Origin: Promethearchaeota archaeon
Lineage (GTDB): Archaea; Asgardarchaeota; Lokiarchaeia; Sigyniarchaeales; SOKP01
Assembly: GCA_048940445.1 (NCBI GenBank)
Contig: JBHLON010000012.1
Coordinates: 1-64,000, forward strand
Length of the DNA stretch: 64,000 bases
Reading direction: 5' to 3'
The translations under genes were made by a program, and so were the position numbers. Below the pieces are notes generated by a model, which saw only the letters and a program-made list of their open reading frames with translations, did no database searches and was not told the origin of the DNA. The first letter of the stretch is position 1; each line of letters starts with the position of its first letter. This document shows, piece by piece, positions 61,572 through 64,000 of the stretch.

Positions 61572-63044
61572 TTGAAAAAGTATGACATTATTTTTATTCA
61601 CCCGCCCAGACTATTAAAATTTAAATATGGCAGGATAATGAAGTTCATAAGAGGAGCCTTTATTTTCATTCCAATGGGAATGTTTGCAATAGGGGATAAA
61701 CTAAAAAAAGAGGGTTTTGGGGTTAAAATTATTAATTATCCCTTGGAACAATATTTAGAAGAAGATTGGGATCTGAAAACATATCTCAAAAGTATTGATT
61801 TCGATGTATGCGCAATAGACTTACATTGGATTCATAATGCTAATGGAGTTATTGAAGTCGCGAAAATCATCAAAGAGGTAAATCCTAATGCTAAAGTTGT
61901 ACTTGGAGGTTTTAGTGCTTCATATTACCATAGAGAAATACTTAAATATTATCCCCAAATTGATGCTATAATCCGAGGTGAGGGTGAGATTCCACTTTTA
62001 AAATATCTTCAAAAAATTAAAAACAATAATTTCGATTCTGTGCCTAATTTATCTTATCGAGACTCTAATAAGCACATTAATGTTAATTCTTTATCCTATG
62101 TGGCAAAAAATTTGGATGATTTAGATTTTACGAATGTATCACTCCTTAAAAATGCAAGAAAATATCTTGAATGTAGTAGAAAGCTCATGGGTATTTCCTT
62201 TAATCTTCCAATTGGGAGAGGATGTCCTTTTAATTGTCCTCTTTGTGGAGGTGGTCAAAGGGCTCAACGAAATTATATGGGTAGAGAATCAGTAATTCTT
62301 AGAAAACCAGAAAATGTAGTAAATGATATACATACCATAAGTTCTAAGTATAAAATTCCTAGTGTGTTTTTCGGACATGGATCTTATAGAAGTAATTTAA
62401 AGTATTGGAAAAAATTATTCGGATTAATCCAAAAAGAAAATTTTGATCTTGGAGGAGATTTAGAGATATGGCGTTTACCTTTCCCTAAAGAGATGTGGAA
62501 AATATTCTATAAAACCTTTACAAGAAGATATTCATCAATTAGTATTTCTCCAAGGACAATTTCATCAAAAGTTCATCAAAAAGTAGCAGAAATCTGCGAT
62601 CCAACTTTCAAATTCCCCGAAAATCAAATTAATGATTTGATAAAAAATGCTAACCTTTTTAGGGTGATACTAAGAATTTGGTTAACAATTGGTTATCCTT
62701 TCCAGACACGCCTTGACTTTGTTAAAGACTTTAAGTTTGCTATGAAATGCCTTTATAAATATGGTAAGTCAAATTCTAAACCTATTACTATAATGAATGA
62801 ACCCTACTATGCGTTCCCTGGATCTCCAGCTTTTGAATCTCCTGAAAAGTTTGGGATAAAATTCAAGTATCATTCATTTCCCCAGACCGTTTATGCGTAT
62901 AAACAAGCCAAGATATCTTCTATGAATAATGTTATCAATTATAGCACAAATTATTTCTCTGGTATGGATATTCATAGTCTTAATAGGTTATTTTTTCTAA
63001 GCACCGCACCTATGTTTCTCACAACGGGTTCTAAAAAGGCTTAA
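61572..63044 (+). CDS. Cobalamin-binding radical SAM protein
   Basis: N-terminal B12-binding domain (AIDLHW, VVLGG, IRGEGE); GRGCPFNCPLC. Confidence 0.9.
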   Translation: MKKYDIIFIHPPRLLKFKYGRIMKFIRGAFIFIPMGMFAIGDKLKKEGFGVKIINYPLEQYLEEDWDLKTYLKSIDFDVCAIDLHWIHNANGVIEVAKIIKEVNPNAKVVLGGFSASYYHREILKYYPQIDAIIRGEGEIPLLKYLQKIKNNNFDSVPNLSYRDSNKHINVNSLSYVAKNLDDLDFTNVSLLKNARKYLECSRKLMGISFNLPIGRGCPFNCPLCGGGQRAQRNYMGRESVILRKPENVVNDIHTISSKYKIPSVFFGHGSYRSNLKYWKKLFGLIQKENFDLGGDLEIWRLPFPKEMWKIFYKTFTRRYSSISISPRTISSKVHQKVAEICDPTFKFPENQINDLIKNANLFRVILRIWLTIGYPFQTRLDFVKDFKFAMKCLYKYGKSNSKPITIMNEPYYAFPGSPAFESPEKFGIKFKYHSFPQTVYAYKQAKISSMNNVINYSTNYFSGMDIHSLNRLFFLSTAPMFLTTGSKKA

Positions 63045-63211
63045 ATCGATTTAATCAAATAAAAAAGGTAGGTTTAGATTTTCGAATAATTTGTAAAATG
63101 TTATTTCAACACACCGTAATTTTTAAATATAATTTAACGTAATTAAAATAAATTCTATGAAAAAATTCTTGAAATAGAGATAAAAAAATTTTAAATTGAA
63201 TTACAAAAAAG

Positions 63212-64000
63212 GTGAAATTAATTTTTTTCCATGTTGCCACGAATTGGGATTTCAAACTAATTGATGAATTAAAAAAATATCCTGTTGTTGATTTATATGG
63301 GGTTGCAGATCATACTATTGTAGGAGGTGGACGCCCATCTTTCTTACTACCCAAAATTTCAGAAGAAAAAATAGCCAATTACATTCAAAAAGTCCATGAG
63401 GAAGGTATGGAATTTTCTTATTTGTTAAATGCACCTTGTATGAATAATCTCGAATATGACCCTCATTATCATAAGGAGCTTCTTAAATATCTTCAATGGA
63501 TTAATGATATTGATGCAGATAATGTAATAGTCACTACTCCCTTTTTGGTTCAATTAATTAAAGAACAATTTCCGGGACTTAAAATCCGATTATCTACTAT
63601 AGCACACGTTAATAGTGTCAATAGAGCAAAGTTGTATGAACAATTAGGAGTAGAGGAAATAACTCCCGATGTCATGATTAACAGAGACTTCAAAACTTTA
63701 GAACAAATTAGAAAAGCTGTAAAATGTAAGATAGTATTACTCTTAACAGATGGATGTTTATATCAATGTCCTTTTAGATATTATCATTATAACATTTTAG
63801 GTCACGCCTCTCAGTCTTTTCAACAATTTGAACGCAACTATATTGATACTTGCATTTTAAACTGTAGTGTAATTAAATTCTCAAATCCTACAGAAGTGGT
63901 TAAAGCACGTTGGGTTCGACCTGAAGATTTAAAGTATTATAAGGCTATAGGAATTGATCATTTTAAAATTGCTGGTCGTAGAATGTCCACAGATTGGATC
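63212..64000 (+). CDS. U32 family protein, truncated by the window end
   Basis: Not in the ORF track; hand translation FHVATNWD...GGGRP...FSYLLNAPCMNN...STIA.V...NRDF..L...GCLYQCP...H...C...WVRPEDL...GIDHFKIAGR. Confidence 0.85.
   Translation, partial: MKLIFFHVATNWDFKLIDELKKYPVVDLYGVADHTIVGGGRPSFLLPKISEEKIANYIQKVHEEGMEFSYLLNAPCMNNLEYDPHYHKELLKYLQWINDIDADNVIVTTPFLVQLIKEQFPGLKIRLSTIAHVNSVNRAKLYEQLGVEEITPDVMINRDFKTLEQIRKAVKCKIVLLLTDGCLYQCPFRYYHYNILGHASQSFQQFERNYIDTCILNCSVIKFSNPTEVVKARWVRPEDLKYYKAIGIDHFKIAGRRMSTDWI

Overview
Strongly AT-rich, gene-dense archaeal DNA, most likely from an Asgard archaeon of the Lokiarchaeia type. This is an inference: archaeal alba, nurA-herA-mre11-rad50, cdc48 and taw2 occur together with longin/uDENN-like, GIFT/IFT52-like, mu-homology-like, TIR and stand-alone 7TM proteins. 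About 50 CDS and one clear pseudogene; no rRNA, tRNA, CRISPR array or mobile element was seen. The most unusual locus is 24.0-35.1 kb. On the + strand, an ArsR-type winged-helix domain (missed by the ORF track because it needs an ATA start) is fused to a degenerate HdrA-MvhD. It is followed by mvhG, an mvhA that stops exactly at DPCxxCxxH with no maturation tail, and a longin/uDENN-like gene; there is no hdrBC in the window. This looks like a hydrogenase module repurposed as an H2/redox-sensing transcription regulator. It faces a divergent operon of two TraB/Tiki-fold paralogues, an NAD(P)-type methylene-H4MPT dehydrogenase, a Cdc48 paralogue and a small protein made of the paralogues' helical hairpin. 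Other highlights: a signal peptide-Ig-like-TM-TIR receptor, a GIFT-RHH-SAP/HeH fusion, a mu-homology-like beta protein and tandem 7TM proteins. All family calls come from motif recognition by eye, not database searches.
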